DNA from: Lentimicrobiaceae bacterium
Lineage (GTDB): Bacteria > Bacteroidota > Bacteroidia > Bacteroidales > JAGNHN01
Direction: 5' to 3'
DNA: 64,000 nucleotides
Assembly: GCA_018001695.1 (NCBI GenBank)
Contig: JAGNHN010000013.1
Span: forward strand, 218-64,217
The notes under the pieces are model-generated. The model did no database searches. It was not told the origin of the DNA and was given only the letters and a program-made list of their open reading frames with translations. This document shows, in pieces, positions 9,933 to 18,853 of the stretch (position 1 is its first letter; every line of letters begins with the position of its first letter). The position numbers were made by a program, and so were the translations under genes.

Positions 9933-11078
9933 ATGTTGAAACCTCTTACACCGGTTATATGGTCAGCGCCTGAAACCAGGCCTTTATATTGCCCTGACAC
10001 ATCTGTACTGCTTGACGCAGTGAGGAAGTGCTGGGCAGAGGACAACCGTTTCGACAAGGTTTTTGTATTGACGGACACCCATACCCGCCTGCATTGTCTT
10101 CCCATTCTGATGGAAGGTGAAGCGCTTCCTGAAGATATAGTAATCCTTGAAATGCAGCCCGGTGAGGAGTTCAAAGACGTGTATACCTGCATCGGACTTT
10201 GGCGAAGTTTGGGTGCCGAAGGCGCAAGCCGTCACAGCCTGCTCATTAATCTTGGGGGTGGTGTGGTTACAGACCTCGGCGGGTTTCTGGCTTCGGTTTT
10301 TAAGCGCGGTATCCGCTTCGTGAATATCCCGACATCACTGCTGGCAATGCTGGATGCTGCCGTGGGCGGGAAAACAGGAATAGACCTCGAAGGGATTAAA
10401 AATGAGATTGGTACTTTCACGCTTCCAGCGGCAACATATCTCTATCCGGGATTTCTGCAGACCTTGCCTGCACGGCATCTTTGGGCTGGTTTTGCCGAGG
10501 CGCTAAAACATGGCCTGATTGCGGATGCTGCTTACTGGAAGGACCTGTCAGGCCAGTACCACTTGCTGGAAGCGTCAGGGAATGAGGGTGATGAGTTTCG
10601 CAAAAGATTGATATTAAGGTCAGTAGAGATTAAATGGGATATTGTTTCGGATGATCCCCACGAACAGGGAAGGCGAAAAATCCTGAATGCCGGGCATACC
10701 ATCGGACATGCCCTGGAGTCCTGGTCGCTGCAGGATGACCGTGCCATGTTGCATGGAGAGGCCATCGCGCTGGGGCTGCTGGCCGAAACATATATCTCGA
10801 CCCGCCTGCATAGCTTTCCCCAGGAGGTGCTTCAACAAATGCTGATGCTGGTCAACGATATTTATCGTCCCAGGCCACTGCCTGCTGATGCTATCCCACA
10901 ATGGTTAACCTGGATGGGCCATGATAAAAAGAACCGGGGTGGCGGATTCCGTTTTAGCCTGTTAAAGCAGGTCGGACAAGCAACCACTGATGATCATGTG
11001 GCTGATGAAATCATCGTCGAGGCCCTGACCTGGTTAGTAGAAGTATGTTCATCACCTACAGGGAGTATCCGGTCATGA
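9933..11078 (+). CDS. aroB: 3-dehydroquinate synthase
   Basis: 'GGGVVTDLGGF.AS...RGI.F..IPTSLLAM.DA.VGGKTGI' and 'LNAGHT.GHALE' motifs. Alternative starts are TTG 9924 and GTG 9927. Confidence 0.85.
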   Translation: MLKPLTPVIWSAPETRPLYCPDTSVLLDAVRKCWAEDNRFDKVFVLTDTHTRLHCLPILMEGEALPEDIVILEMQPGEEFKDVYTCIGLWRSLGAEGASRHSLLINLGGGVVTDLGGFLASVFKRGIRFVNIPTSLLAMLDAAVGGKTGIDLEGIKNEIGTFTLPAATYLYPGFLQTLPARHLWAGFAEALKHGLIADAAYWKDLSGQYHLLEASGNEGDEFRKRLILRSVEIKWDIVSDDPHEQGRRKILNAGHTIGHALESWSLQDDRAMLHGEAIALGLLAETYISTRLHSFPQEVLQQMLMLVNDIYRPRPLPADAIPQWLTWMGHDKKNRGGGFRFSLLKQVGQATTDDHVADEIIVEALTWLVEVCSSPTGSIRS

Positions 11079-12319
11079 CCCTGCAGCAGTCCATACATCT
11101 GGTTGCACCTACGCATCCCCTTTCCGGCCGGGTCGTACTACCGCTATCGAAGAGTATGAGCACCCGCATGCTGGTACTGGCGCATCTTGGGCAGGGGCGC
11201 ATTAAGCATGGTATTCTTGCAGATAATCAGGATGTCAGGGACCTGGGCGAGATACTGGATATCCTTAGCAGGGAGGAAACGGCCATCCTGGATGCCGGTG
11301 ATGGGGGTGCCGTATTGCGTTTTGCGATGGCGGTGGCCGCCATTACCCCTGGTCTATGGCGTTTTACAGGCAGCGAGCGTTTGCATGAGCGCCCTGTCGG
11401 GATACTGGTTGAGGCATTGCGTGAATGTGGCGCCGATATTCAGTTTCAGGACAGACAAGGATACCTGCCCTTGCGCATACGGGGTGGAAAATGCAGTGGG
11501 GGTAAGGTAAAGGTCGACGCAGGCGAAAGTAGTCAGCATATCAGTTCATTATGCCTTGTTGCTCCATTTTTTCAACAGGGACTGGAATTGCATATGCAGG
11601 GTGAGGCCGTATCGGAACCCTATATCCGGATGACGCTGGAGATGATGGAGAAAGCTGGGTATACGGTATTCCGCAACGATAAGGTGATTCAAATCAATCC
11701 TGGCTTACCCGGGGAAGTGCATTTCGACATAGAGCCCGACTGGAGCGCAGCAGCCTTTATGTATTCAGCCTGCGCTTTATCTCCTGGCAGCCGGCTTTTT
11801 ATGCCAGGGCTCTGCCAGCATAGTGTACAGGGGGACCGTCGCTGTGCTTCTTTGTTTAAAGCCCTGGGCGTGCTAACCCGTTTCGAGGAAGATGGGGCCC
11901 TGATATGGCATGAGCCATCGATATCAGAGCTACGGGCTGATCTGCGTGATTGCCCGGACCTGATGCCTGCCCTGGCCGTCGCGGCAGCCGGAAGGTTGGC
12001 ACCAGCTTGGTTATCAGGCCTTTCTCATCTCAGGATAAAGGAAAGCGACAGACTGCAGACCGTTTGCGACAACCTTCAGTTATGTGGTTTTGAGGTAGAG
12101 GTGGGCGATGATGCAATACGTATAGCAGGTCAGGCAAGGCCTGCATCCATGGTGCAATTATCCGCATGGAATGACCACCGCATCGCCATGGCATTTGCCA
12201 TCCTGAGTCTTAAAATGGAGTATATGGTGGTAAAAGGTGCACAGGTGGTGGATAAATCCTGGCCGGGATTCTGGCAAAACCTGGGATCACTGGGGTGGAA
12301 AACAGGTCCTGCTGTCTAG
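11075..12319 (+). CDS. aroA: 3-phosphoshikimate 1-carboxyvinyltransferase (EPSP synthase)
   Basis: 'LPLSKSMSTRMLVLA' and 'DHRIAMAFA' motifs. The ATG at 11075 overlaps the aroB stop (ATGA). Confidence 0.9.
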   Translation: MTLQQSIHLVAPTHPLSGRVVLPLSKSMSTRMLVLAHLGQGRIKHGILADNQDVRDLGEILDILSREETAILDAGDGGAVLRFAMAVAAITPGLWRFTGSERLHERPVGILVEALRECGADIQFQDRQGYLPLRIRGGKCSGGKVKVDAGESSQHISSLCLVAPFFQQGLELHMQGEAVSEPYIRMTLEMMEKAGYTVFRNDKVIQINPGLPGEVHFDIEPDWSAAAFMYSACALSPGSRLFMPGLCQHSVQGDRRCASLFKALGVLTRFEEDGALIWHEPSISELRADLRDCPDLMPALAVAAAGRLAPAWLSGLSHLRIKESDRLQTVCDNLQLCGFEVEVGDDAIRIAGQARPASMVQLSAWNDHRIAMAFAILSLKMEYMVVKGAQVVDKSWPGFWQNLGSLGWKTGPAV

Positions 12320-13272
12320 TAGTTGTTGAGGAATCCTATCGCCCTCTTCTCACTCCAGTATTGCTCATCCCCGTTCAGCCTTACAAAGCCCAGGTGACCA
12401 CCTCTGCGGGGCATATCCAGCATAACCATATCATTGCCGGCAGCTTCTCTGACAGGAAAACAGGTAGGAGGAAGAAAAGGGTCGTCCAGTGCGTTAACGA
12501 TCAGGGTAGGGACATTAATATGTGGGATGTGCTGACGGCTGCTGGCGCGGTACCAATAGTCCTCGGCACTTTCAAAGCCGTTCATGGGAGCGGTATAAAT
12601 CTCATCAAAATCACGCAGTGTCCTGATCTTGCTCAGCGGGGCCGTATTGATCTTATCCGGGAAACGTGACTTCATTCCTTCGATCTTGTCGGCCAGAGAT
12701 CTGAGAAAACGCTTGAGATAGTATCGGTTGCTCCATTTGTTCATGTGGATGGCTGCATCCCCGAGGCGTGTTGGTACTGAGAAGGTGACGGCTGACTTCA
12801 CACTGGCGGGCAGGTGTGCTGCATTCCTGCCCAGGTAAAGCAGGCTCAGGTTGCCGCCAATGCTGAAACCGAGCAGGCTGATATGACCATAACCCTGCTG
12901 TTCGGCATGCCTGACAACCAGGTCCAGATCGTCGGTGGCACCAGCATGATATATCTTGGGAAGTTGTGGCAGCGTTCCGCTGCATCCCCTGAAATTCCAT
13001 GCCAGGGTATCCCATCCGGCCTGACGCAAAGCGTGCACCATGCCACGCATATACCAGGTATAGGAGTGGCCTTCGTAACCATGCGACAGGATAGCGAGGC
13101 GTTTATTGCCTTCCCTGCACCAGTCAAGATCAAGGAAATCACCGTCCTGGGTGGCTATTCTTTCCCTGGTGTAAGGCGGCGCTTCCTGTTTCCTGAAAAG
13201 GGCAGGAAACATGGTTTGTGCGTGACCGCTATTCAATAGAAGTGGGGCGCTATAATGATGTTCCAGTTTCAC
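12316..13272 (-). CDS. Alpha/beta hydrolase (YheT/ABHD-like)
   Basis: 'NGHAQT' N-terminal block, nucleophile elbow 'GFSIGGN', and GTG start overlapping the upstream stop. Confidence 0.75.
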   Translation of the reverse strand: MKLEHHYSAPLLLNSGHAQTMFPALFRKQEAPPYTRERIATQDGDFLDLDWCREGNKRLAILSHGYEGHSYTWYMRGMVHALRQAGWDTLAWNFRGCSGTLPQLPKIYHAGATDDLDLVVRHAEQQGYGHISLLGFSIGGNLSLLYLGRNAAHLPASVKSAVTFSVPTRLGDAAIHMNKWSNRYYLKRFLRSLADKIEGMKSRFPDKINTAPLSKIRTLRDFDEIYTAPMNGFESAEDYWYRASSRQHIPHINVPTLIVNALDDPFLPPTCFPVREAAGNDMVMLDMPRRGGHLGFVRLNGDEQYWSEKRAIGFLNNY

Positions 13273-13928
13273 CTGTTGAAAACGTATTGAATAATATTGG
13301 CTCCCATGCGCAAGGCTTTCAGTCGGGTTTCTTCTGAATTATTATGCACGGCAGCATCCTCCCATCCATCTCCAAGGTCTGTCTCATAAGTGTAAAAACA
13401 CACCAGACGGCCTTCAAAGATCAGGCCAAAGCCTTGTGGTGGTTTGCCATCATGTTCATGGATCTTGGGCAGTCCGTTGGGGAATGTATGATATTGACGG
13501 TAAATGGGATGATCAAATGGGAGTTCGACGAAGTCCAGCTCAGGGAAAACCTTCTTCATCTGTGGCCGGATAAACGGATCAAGGCCATAGTTGTCGTCTA
13601 TATGCAGGAATCCTCCTGCAACCAGGTATTTCCGAAGGTTTTGTGCTTCCTGAGGTGTGAACAGCACATTGCCATGGCCTGTCAGATGAATGAAGGGGTA
13701 GTTGTAAATCCCTGGATCCCCGGGTTCTACGGTTGCCGCGTCACTCTGGATATGCGTTCCAAGTTGCTCGTTGCAAAACCGGATGAGGTTTGGCAGTGAC
13801 GTCGGGTTGGCATACCAGTCTCCACCTCCCTTGTATTTCATCAGGGCGATCTGAAGACCGGTGACCTGTCCGGTCGCCTGGAATGTCAGATTCAGAAGGA
13901 TGAGGATAAGGACAAGAGTCTGCTTCAT
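13269..13928 (-). CDS. DUF4159 domain protein (secreted)
   Basis: Signal peptide plus 'KYKGGGDWYANPTSLPNL...' and 'PFIHLTGHGN..F...E...LR.YL..GGFL..DD', characteristic of DUF4159. Confidence 0.65.
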   Translation of the reverse strand: MKQTLVLILILLNLTFQATGQVTGLQIALMKYKGGGDWYANPTSLPNLIRFCNEQLGTHIQSDAATVEPGDPGIYNYPFIHLTGHGNVLFTPQEAQNLRKYLVAGGFLHIDDNYGLDPFIRPQMKKVFPELDFVELPFDHPIYRQYHTFPNGLPKIHEHDGKPPQGFGLIFEGRLVCFYTYETDLGDGWEDAAVHNNSEETRLKALRMGANIIQYVFNR

Positions 13929-13945
13929 GCGGTCATTAAGCCACC

Positions 13946-14677
13946 TTATAACTGGCCATTGATCATGTTAAGCACAGCGCAAGCCATCAGGGCAGCCGTT
14001 TCAGTCCTTAGCCTTGATGAACCCAGGGACACCATCTTGCATCCCTTGTCCATCGCGATTGTAATCTCTTCCGGACTAAAATCTCCTTCCGGGCCTATCA
14101 GCACTGTGATGTTTTCCCGGCACGAAGATACATCTTTTATCGGTTTCGAATGCAGCGAATCGAGGTGTGCGATGAGGCATGTTCCTTCGCATGCATCCAG
14201 GAAAGCAGAGAAGGGTGTCAGTGGTGAAAGCAGGGGCAGATAGGTCCTGCGGCTCTGTTTCAGGGCTCCCCGAATGATCTTTTCCATTCTTTCCTGGTTG
14301 ATGTGGACCCTTTCTGATCGTTGACATTGCAGCGGTGTGATCCTGGAAATGCCTATCTCTGTCGCTTTTTCCAGGAACCACTCCATACGCGCTATATTCT
14401 TGGGTGGAGCCATGGCAATATGGATACTGGCTGGCAGGGCGTCCTCGCCCTTTTCCATCGTCCCGATATGAACCTTGCACCGCCTGGGGTCCGTCTGTAT
14501 GACCTGGCCATGTGCAATCCAACCTTTGCCGTTGATGATCTCCACCTGAGATCCGGCTTCAAGACGAAGCACCCGGATAGCATGGTGTGACTCTTCCTCA
14601 CTCAGCGAAAGAACGGCCGCTGACATAGCAGTGAGATCCGTGGATTCAAAATCACACAGAAAGCGGGGAATGTCCAT
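13946..14677 (-). CDS. rsmE: 16S rRNA (uracil1498-N3)-methyltransferase
   Basis: 'MDIPRF' N-terminus, 'HHAIRVLRL', and C-terminal 'IGPEGDFS.EE' with 'SLG.R.LR.ETA' (SPOUT knot). Confidence 0.85.
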   Translation of the reverse strand: MDIPRFLCDFESTDLTAMSAAVLSLSEEESHHAIRVLRLEAGSQVEIINGKGWIAHGQVIQTDPRRCKVHIGTMEKGEDALPASIHIAMAPPKNIARMEWFLEKATEIGISRITPLQCQRSERVHINQERMEKIIRGALKQSRRTYLPLLSPLTPFSAFLDACEGTCLIAHLDSLHSKPIKDVSSCRENITVLIGPEGDFSPEEITIAMDKGCKMVSLGSSRLRTETAALMACAVLNMINGQL

Positions 14678-14702
14678 TTATCTGATCTTGCTTCTCTGTC
14701 TA

Positions 14703-14840
14703 CTATACTTGTTTTTCGTCTTCTGCGAAATCTTCCGGATACAATTTCCGGTATTTCCGTATGGCAAACCGGACGAGGTAATACGTAACAACGATCAGTG
14801 CTGGCCAGGTGAGGAGGTTCAATATTTGTGTGAGATGCAT
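14703..14840 (-). CDS. Candidate 45-aa single-pass membrane peptide downstream of cydB (below the ORF-track size cutoff)
   Basis: My own translation: MHLTQILNLLTWPALIVVTYYLVRFAIRKYRKLYPEDFAEDEKQV*. The ATG lies 11 nt after the cydB stop. It has one hydrophobic helix, then a basic patch, then an acidic tail. Confidence 0.35.
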   Translation of the reverse strand: MHLTQILNLLTWPALIVVTYYLVRFAIRKYRKLYPEDFAEDEKQV

Positions 14841-14851
14841 GATCTTCTGTA

Positions 14852-15985
14852 TTAATAGGTGTGTGAACTGCTTTCCATTTCAGATTCATCGATCTTCTTC
14901 ACGTTAATGGATTTCCATGCGAAGAAGATGTAAACGACGACAACAGGAACGAAGAGCGAGACATAACTCATCACGGTCAGGGTATAATGGCTGGAGGAGC
15001 TGTTACGGATGGTCAGGGAATGCTGTAGGTCAAAAACCGATGGGTAGAAAGAAGTGTTGTTAAATCCTGCCAGGAAAAACAGGACCATCACAGCCAGTAC
15101 CGTCCCGGCACCAGTATACCAGATGCCTTTGGTGGATGACTTCAGTAATGCCAGGTAGAGTCCCCAGAGTACCAATACCACCCCTACCAGGAACATGACC
15201 AGTACCACCGGCATTCCAAGAAGGTTGTGCAGGTATTTATAGGCTTCCATGGTAACCATTCCGGTCTCAGGATCCACAGCAAAACCTTCCAGGAACATCA
15301 GGCGGATCACAAAGAAAAGAAAGAAGACCAGGAAAGGAACGGCATTGTATAACAACTGCTTCCTGGATCTGGCCATGATGGGGGCGCTTTCAATGCTGTT
15401 CATGATATACAGGATACCCAACACCCGGGCAAGGAAGAATACCGCCAGTCCCAGGGAAACATTCTGGACATTCAGGGCTGCTTCCAAACCGTAAAAGGGT
15501 GTTTCCCACCGGCTGAAATTGGTCACCAGGTCCCTGCTGAACATGGAGCCGGTGAAGAAAGTGCCAACCGCCGTGCCGATCAGGATCGTGCCGATGGCGC
15601 CATTTATAAACAGGAATACTTCGTAGGTCTTTTGCCCCAGGAAGTTCGCGGGTTTCGAACGGAACTCATAGGCGACAGCCTGGATGACGAAGGCGAACAG
15701 GATAATCATCCACACCCAGTAGGCGCCACCGAAAGAAGTAGAGTAGAAGAGCGGGAATGAGGCAAAAAATGCCCCTCCGAAGGTAACTAGGGTGGTGAAC
15801 GTGAATTCCCATTTCCTTCCGAGCGTATTGACAATCATCTTACGTTCCGTTTCCGTTTTGCCCAGGGTGTAGATCAGGGTTTGGCCTCCCTGCACAAACA
15901 TGAGGAAAACGAGCAGACTGCCCAGCAGGCTGATGATCACCCACCAATAGTCCTGTAATGCGGCATGTGACAGACTTTCAAACAT
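14852..15985 (-). CDS. cydB: Cytochrome bd ubiquinol oxidase subunit II
   Basis: Polytopic membrane protein immediately after cydA. The start 'MFESLSHAALQDYWWVIISLLG' aligns with CydB N-termini. The track start at 16012 is TTG. Confidence 0.9.
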   Translation of the reverse strand: MFESLSHAALQDYWWVIISLLGSLLVFLMFVQGGQTLIYTLGKTETERKMIVNTLGRKWEFTFTTLVTFGGAFFASFPLFYSTSFGGAYWVWMIILFAFVIQAVAYEFRSKPANFLGQKTYEVFLFINGAIGTILIGTAVGTFFTGSMFSRDLVTNFSRWETPFYGLEAALNVQNVSLGLAVFFLARVLGILYIMNSIESAPIMARSRKQLLYNAVPFLVFFLFFVIRLMFLEGFAVDPETGMVTMEAYKYLHNLLGMPVVLVMFLVGVVLVLWGLYLALLKSSTKGIWYTGAGTVLAVMVLFFLAGFNNTSFYPSVFDLQHSLTIRNSSSSHYTLTVMSYVSLFVPVVVVYIFFAWKSINVKKIDESEMESSSHTY

Positions 15986-15986
15986 C

Positions 15987-17537
15987 TTATTTTCCTCCAT
16001 CTTTAGGTCCAATGTGGATCTGTTTGAACATGATTTTCAGCTCTGCGATCAGTAGGGTAGTGAACAAGGCTGCAAAAAGCCAGAATGTAATCTGGACTGC
16101 TCCCGCATCAATCTGCGATACAGCAGCCATTGTGGGCATCAGATCCTGAATAACCCAGGGTTGACGGCCCATTTCGGCGGTCACCCAGCCTGATTGTGAT
16201 GCCAGATAGGCAAGGGGGATGGTCCAGATGGCCACACGCAGCCAGAAGCGCGAGGTTTCGAGGCGTCTCTTGAATAATAACACCATGATGATGATCATCA
16301 GGAAGAAGAAGAACATGCCCAGTGCGACCATCAGGTGGAAGCTGTAAAAACTCAGCGGCACACTCGGTACCAGCCTGTCAGGATCACTCTCAAAATAGCC
16401 ATATCCGAAATATTTAAAATTCTCATCCAACACTTGTTTGGCTTCCATTGCAATGGAATCCTGGCCGGCCTGCCTGGCCATCTTGTAATCAGACAAGGCC
16501 TGTATGGCCATCTTACCCCGTATGATCTTTTCAGTAACAGGAGGAATGCCTTGCGCTTCATTGCCATCCATCAGGTCCTTGATCCCGGGAATAAAGGCAT
16601 TGAAGTCATAATAGGCCATGTAGGAGAGGAGATTGGGTATCTCGATCTTGAAGGCAAAGTCTTTGATGTTCTCGTTGTTGGGGTCGTTGGCATTGGTAGC
16701 CATCAATCCAATAGCGACGAGCCCCGCACCTTCTTGCCCACGGTACAGGCCTTCCATGGCTGCAAACTTCATAGGCTGCTTCTGGGCTACCTGCCTGGCA
16801 GAGCCATCACCCGTCACGATGGTATAAATGCTGGTAATCAGGCCAAAAACGACAGCCACAACAATACTTCTCCGGGCGAAAGCAACATTCCGGCCTTTCA
16901 GAAGGTACCATGCGCTCACCCCGATGACGAAGATGGAGGCCAGAAGATAGGCAGAGCTGATGGTATGCAGAAACTTATTGATAGCAACCGGAGAAAAAAG
17001 CACCTCCCAGAAGCTGCCCATCTCGTTGCGGGCGGTATCAGGGTTGAAATGCATGCCGGTCGGGAACTGCATCCAGGCATTGGCGACGAGGATCCAGAGG
17101 GCTGACAGGCTGGCCCCGAATGCCGTGAGCCAAGAGGCTGTGACATGGAAGCCCTTAGACACCTTGTCCCAGCCAAAGAACATCACTGCGATGAAAGTGG
17201 ATTCAAGGAAGAAGGCCATAATGCCTTCCACAGCGAGCGGCGCACCAAAAATATCCCCGACAAACCAGCTGTAATTTGACCAGTTGGTGCCGAATTCAAA
17301 CTCCAGGATGATTCCGGTTGCCACACCTATGGCAAAGTTGATCCCAAACAGGGTCATCCAGAATTTGGTGGTTTTTTTCCATGCCTGACTCCCCGTCTTG
17401 TAGTAAAACGTATGCATGATGGCCACAATGAACGCTAATCCCAGCGTCAGGGGAACGAAAATCCAGTGATAGATGGCCGTCAGGGCAAATTGCCCCCGAG
17501 ACCAATCAATCAGATTATAATCAAAGACCTCATTCAT
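15987..17537 (-). CDS. cydA: Cytochrome bd ubiquinol oxidase subunit I
   Basis: 'SRGQFALTAIYHWIFVPLTLG', 'GWVTAEMGRQPW' (Q-loop end) and the expected length. Confidence 0.95.
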   Translation of the reverse strand: MNEVFDYNLIDWSRGQFALTAIYHWIFVPLTLGLAFIVAIMHTFYYKTGSQAWKKTTKFWMTLFGINFAIGVATGIILEFEFGTNWSNYSWFVGDIFGAPLAVEGIMAFFLESTFIAVMFFGWDKVSKGFHVTASWLTAFGASLSALWILVANAWMQFPTGMHFNPDTARNEMGSFWEVLFSPVAINKFLHTISSAYLLASIFVIGVSAWYLLKGRNVAFARRSIVVAVVFGLITSIYTIVTGDGSARQVAQKQPMKFAAMEGLYRGQEGAGLVAIGLMATNANDPNNENIKDFAFKIEIPNLLSYMAYYDFNAFIPGIKDLMDGNEAQGIPPVTEKIIRGKMAIQALSDYKMARQAGQDSIAMEAKQVLDENFKYFGYGYFESDPDRLVPSVPLSFYSFHLMVALGMFFFFLMIIIMVLLFKRRLETSRFWLRVAIWTIPLAYLASQSGWVTAEMGRQPWVIQDLMPTMAAVSQIDAGAVQITFWLFAALFTTLLIAELKIMFKQIHIGPKDGGK

Positions 17538-17544
17538 AATGGTA

Positions 17545-17799
17545 TTATTTGGTTAATTGTTCGATGACATAATTGCTGCGCTCCTCATCTGTATCGAAGC
17601 GGGTTCCGAGTGTGTCACGGAAAAAGAACAGCTTCAGCACCGCGAACATGATGAAGAGCTTGATCAGGATGATGGCCCAGAGTTGTTTTCCCACCGTCAT
17701 GCTCCTGAAGCCTTCGTAGTAGAAACGGAAGATCCTCCTGAAGATATTTGTACGCACGGTATCGTTGTTTGACGAGGTGAATTTATCCAAGAAAAACAT
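17545..17799 (-). CDS. DUF4492-type small membrane protein preceding cydA
   Basis: About 84 aa with 'FYYEGFRSMTVGK.LW.II..KLFIMF..LK.FFF', at the position typical of the Bacteroidota cyd operon. ATG at 17799; the TTG at 17802 is an alternative. Confidence 0.7.
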   Translation of the reverse strand: MFFLDKFTSSNNDTVRTNIFRRIFRFYYEGFRSMTVGKQLWAIILIKLFIMFAVLKLFFFRDTLGTRFDTDEERSNYVIEQLTK

Positions 17800-17801
17800 C
17801 A

Positions 17802-17821
17802 ATATCGAAGACTTTCGATAT
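17802..17821 (-). promoter_or_regulatory. Perfect 8+8 inverted repeat ATATCGAA-N4-TTCGATAT abutting the first cyd-operon start codon
   Basis: Pairing checked base by base across 17802..17809 / 17814..17821. It ends 2 nt from the ATG at 17799. Confidence 0.3.
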
Positions 17822-17902
17822 TTAGAGATAATCTAAAAAAATAAGTACGAATACTGCTTGATGATTAGCTGTTTGATCTGCCAGTACAGCATGTGTGTGA
17901 GA

Positions 17903-18355
17903 TCAATAATCCAGGCTAAGAATACGTCCTTCCGTAAACCCGAAGAATTTCTCTTTACTGGCAATCTGCACACCTTCCATCAGGTTTTCAGGATCAATAC
18001 CTGCTACCTCCAGGCATGTAGGGCAGGCCAGAACCCCGATGCCCTGGCTTAACAGGTTTTGGATCAGGGTGATATGGTCTCCGAAAGGTTCCATGGCCAC
18101 TGGACCGGCATCCTTCACCAGGACCTTTACGGCTTCAATATCCATATATACCAGGACATCTTTGTCATCGGCCATCTTATTGGCCATGCCCAGGGCCATG
18201 AGTAGCCGGTGCGGATTTTCTGACCCGGCACTGATATGGATGAAGACACCATCTTTTACTTCCTGAATTTCAGTGGAAGTTTGTTCAGGGGCCTGAGCAG
18301 GCTGGCAAGCCCATACCATGAAGGCCATGCCCAGCCAAAGCATATACTTCTTCAT
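17903..18355 (-). CDS. DsrE/DsrF-like family lipoprotein
   Basis: Lipobox-like 'MVWAC'. The core 'VFIHISAGSENPHR...' and C-terminal 'GIGVLACPTCLEVAGI' resemble DsrE-like (COG1416-type) proteins. Confidence 0.55.
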   Translation of the reverse strand: MKKYMLWLGMAFMVWACQPAQAPEQTSTEIQEVKDGVFIHISAGSENPHRLLMALGMANKMADDKDVLVYMDIEAVKVLVKDAGPVAMEPFGDHITLIQNLLSQGIGVLACPTCLEVAGIDPENLMEGVQIASKEKFFGFTEGRILSLDY

Positions 18356-18387
18356 AAAGCGTTCAATTTTAGTTTTTTATAAAGCGT

Positions 18388-18741
18388 TTATTCTGTCGGT
18401 TCAGCAACATCTTTCTCAGGAAATGTAAAACCGGTGACGGAGTATCCTTTTCCGGCAATGGCCTCCTGCATCTGCTCCACGCTAACTTTGCCCGGGTCAA
18501 ATTGTACCGTGGTCAGGGAGTCAATATGACTTGAAACCACATCTGCCACACCATCCAGGGATGACACGGCAGCATTGATGGTCGCTTCGCAACCGGTGCA
18601 GGTCATACCAACCACATTGAATTGGATGGTGGACATTTCCGTCGCTTCCTGGGTGCTTTCATCTACCTGATCAGCCTGCTGACGTTGACCGCAGGCCGCC
18701 AGTAAAAGGGTGACAACAAAGAGTAAAGTCAGATTTTTCAT
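18388..18741 (-). CDS. Heavy-metal-associated (HMA) domain lipoprotein, probable copper chaperone
   Basis: Lipobox 'LLAAC' and the HMA motif 'GMTCTGCEATI'. Confidence 0.8.
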   Translation of the reverse strand: MKNLTLLFVVTLLLAACGQRQQADQVDESTQEATEMSTIQFNVVGMTCTGCEATINAAVSSLDGVADVVSSHIDSLTTVQFDPGKVSVEQMQEAIAGKGYSVTGFTFPEKDVAEPTE

Positions 18742-18787
18742 ATGTTTTGGGTTTTGGTGATGGACTGAGGAATAGCGGCACTACTCG

Positions 18788-18800
18788 CCTTTGTCAAAGG
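18788..18800 (-). promoter_or_regulatory. 13-bp perfect palindrome CCTTTG-T-CAAAGG upstream of the HMA gene
   Basis: Read directly from the sequence. It lies 47-59 nt upstream of the ATG at 18741, next to near-consensus -7-like boxes. Confidence 0.3.
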
Positions 18801-18853
18801 CATGTTAAATATACAATGATAATTTGTTTTCTGACGGGGTTTTTTCCCCTGAA

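Noticed and set aside
12316-12319. Convergent aroA and alpha/beta-hydrolase genes share the palindrome CTAG, so that each strand reads TAG as its stop.
   Set aside because: It is a neat overlap, but only a consequence of tight packing and has no functional implication I can support.
18354-18388. Direct 10-bp repeat ATAAAGCGTT, two copies spaced 25 nt apart, spanning the DsrE-like start codon and the HMA stop codon.
   Set aside because: It is short, present in only two copies and overlaps coding ends. It is most simply chance or a small local duplication, and no further copies were seen.
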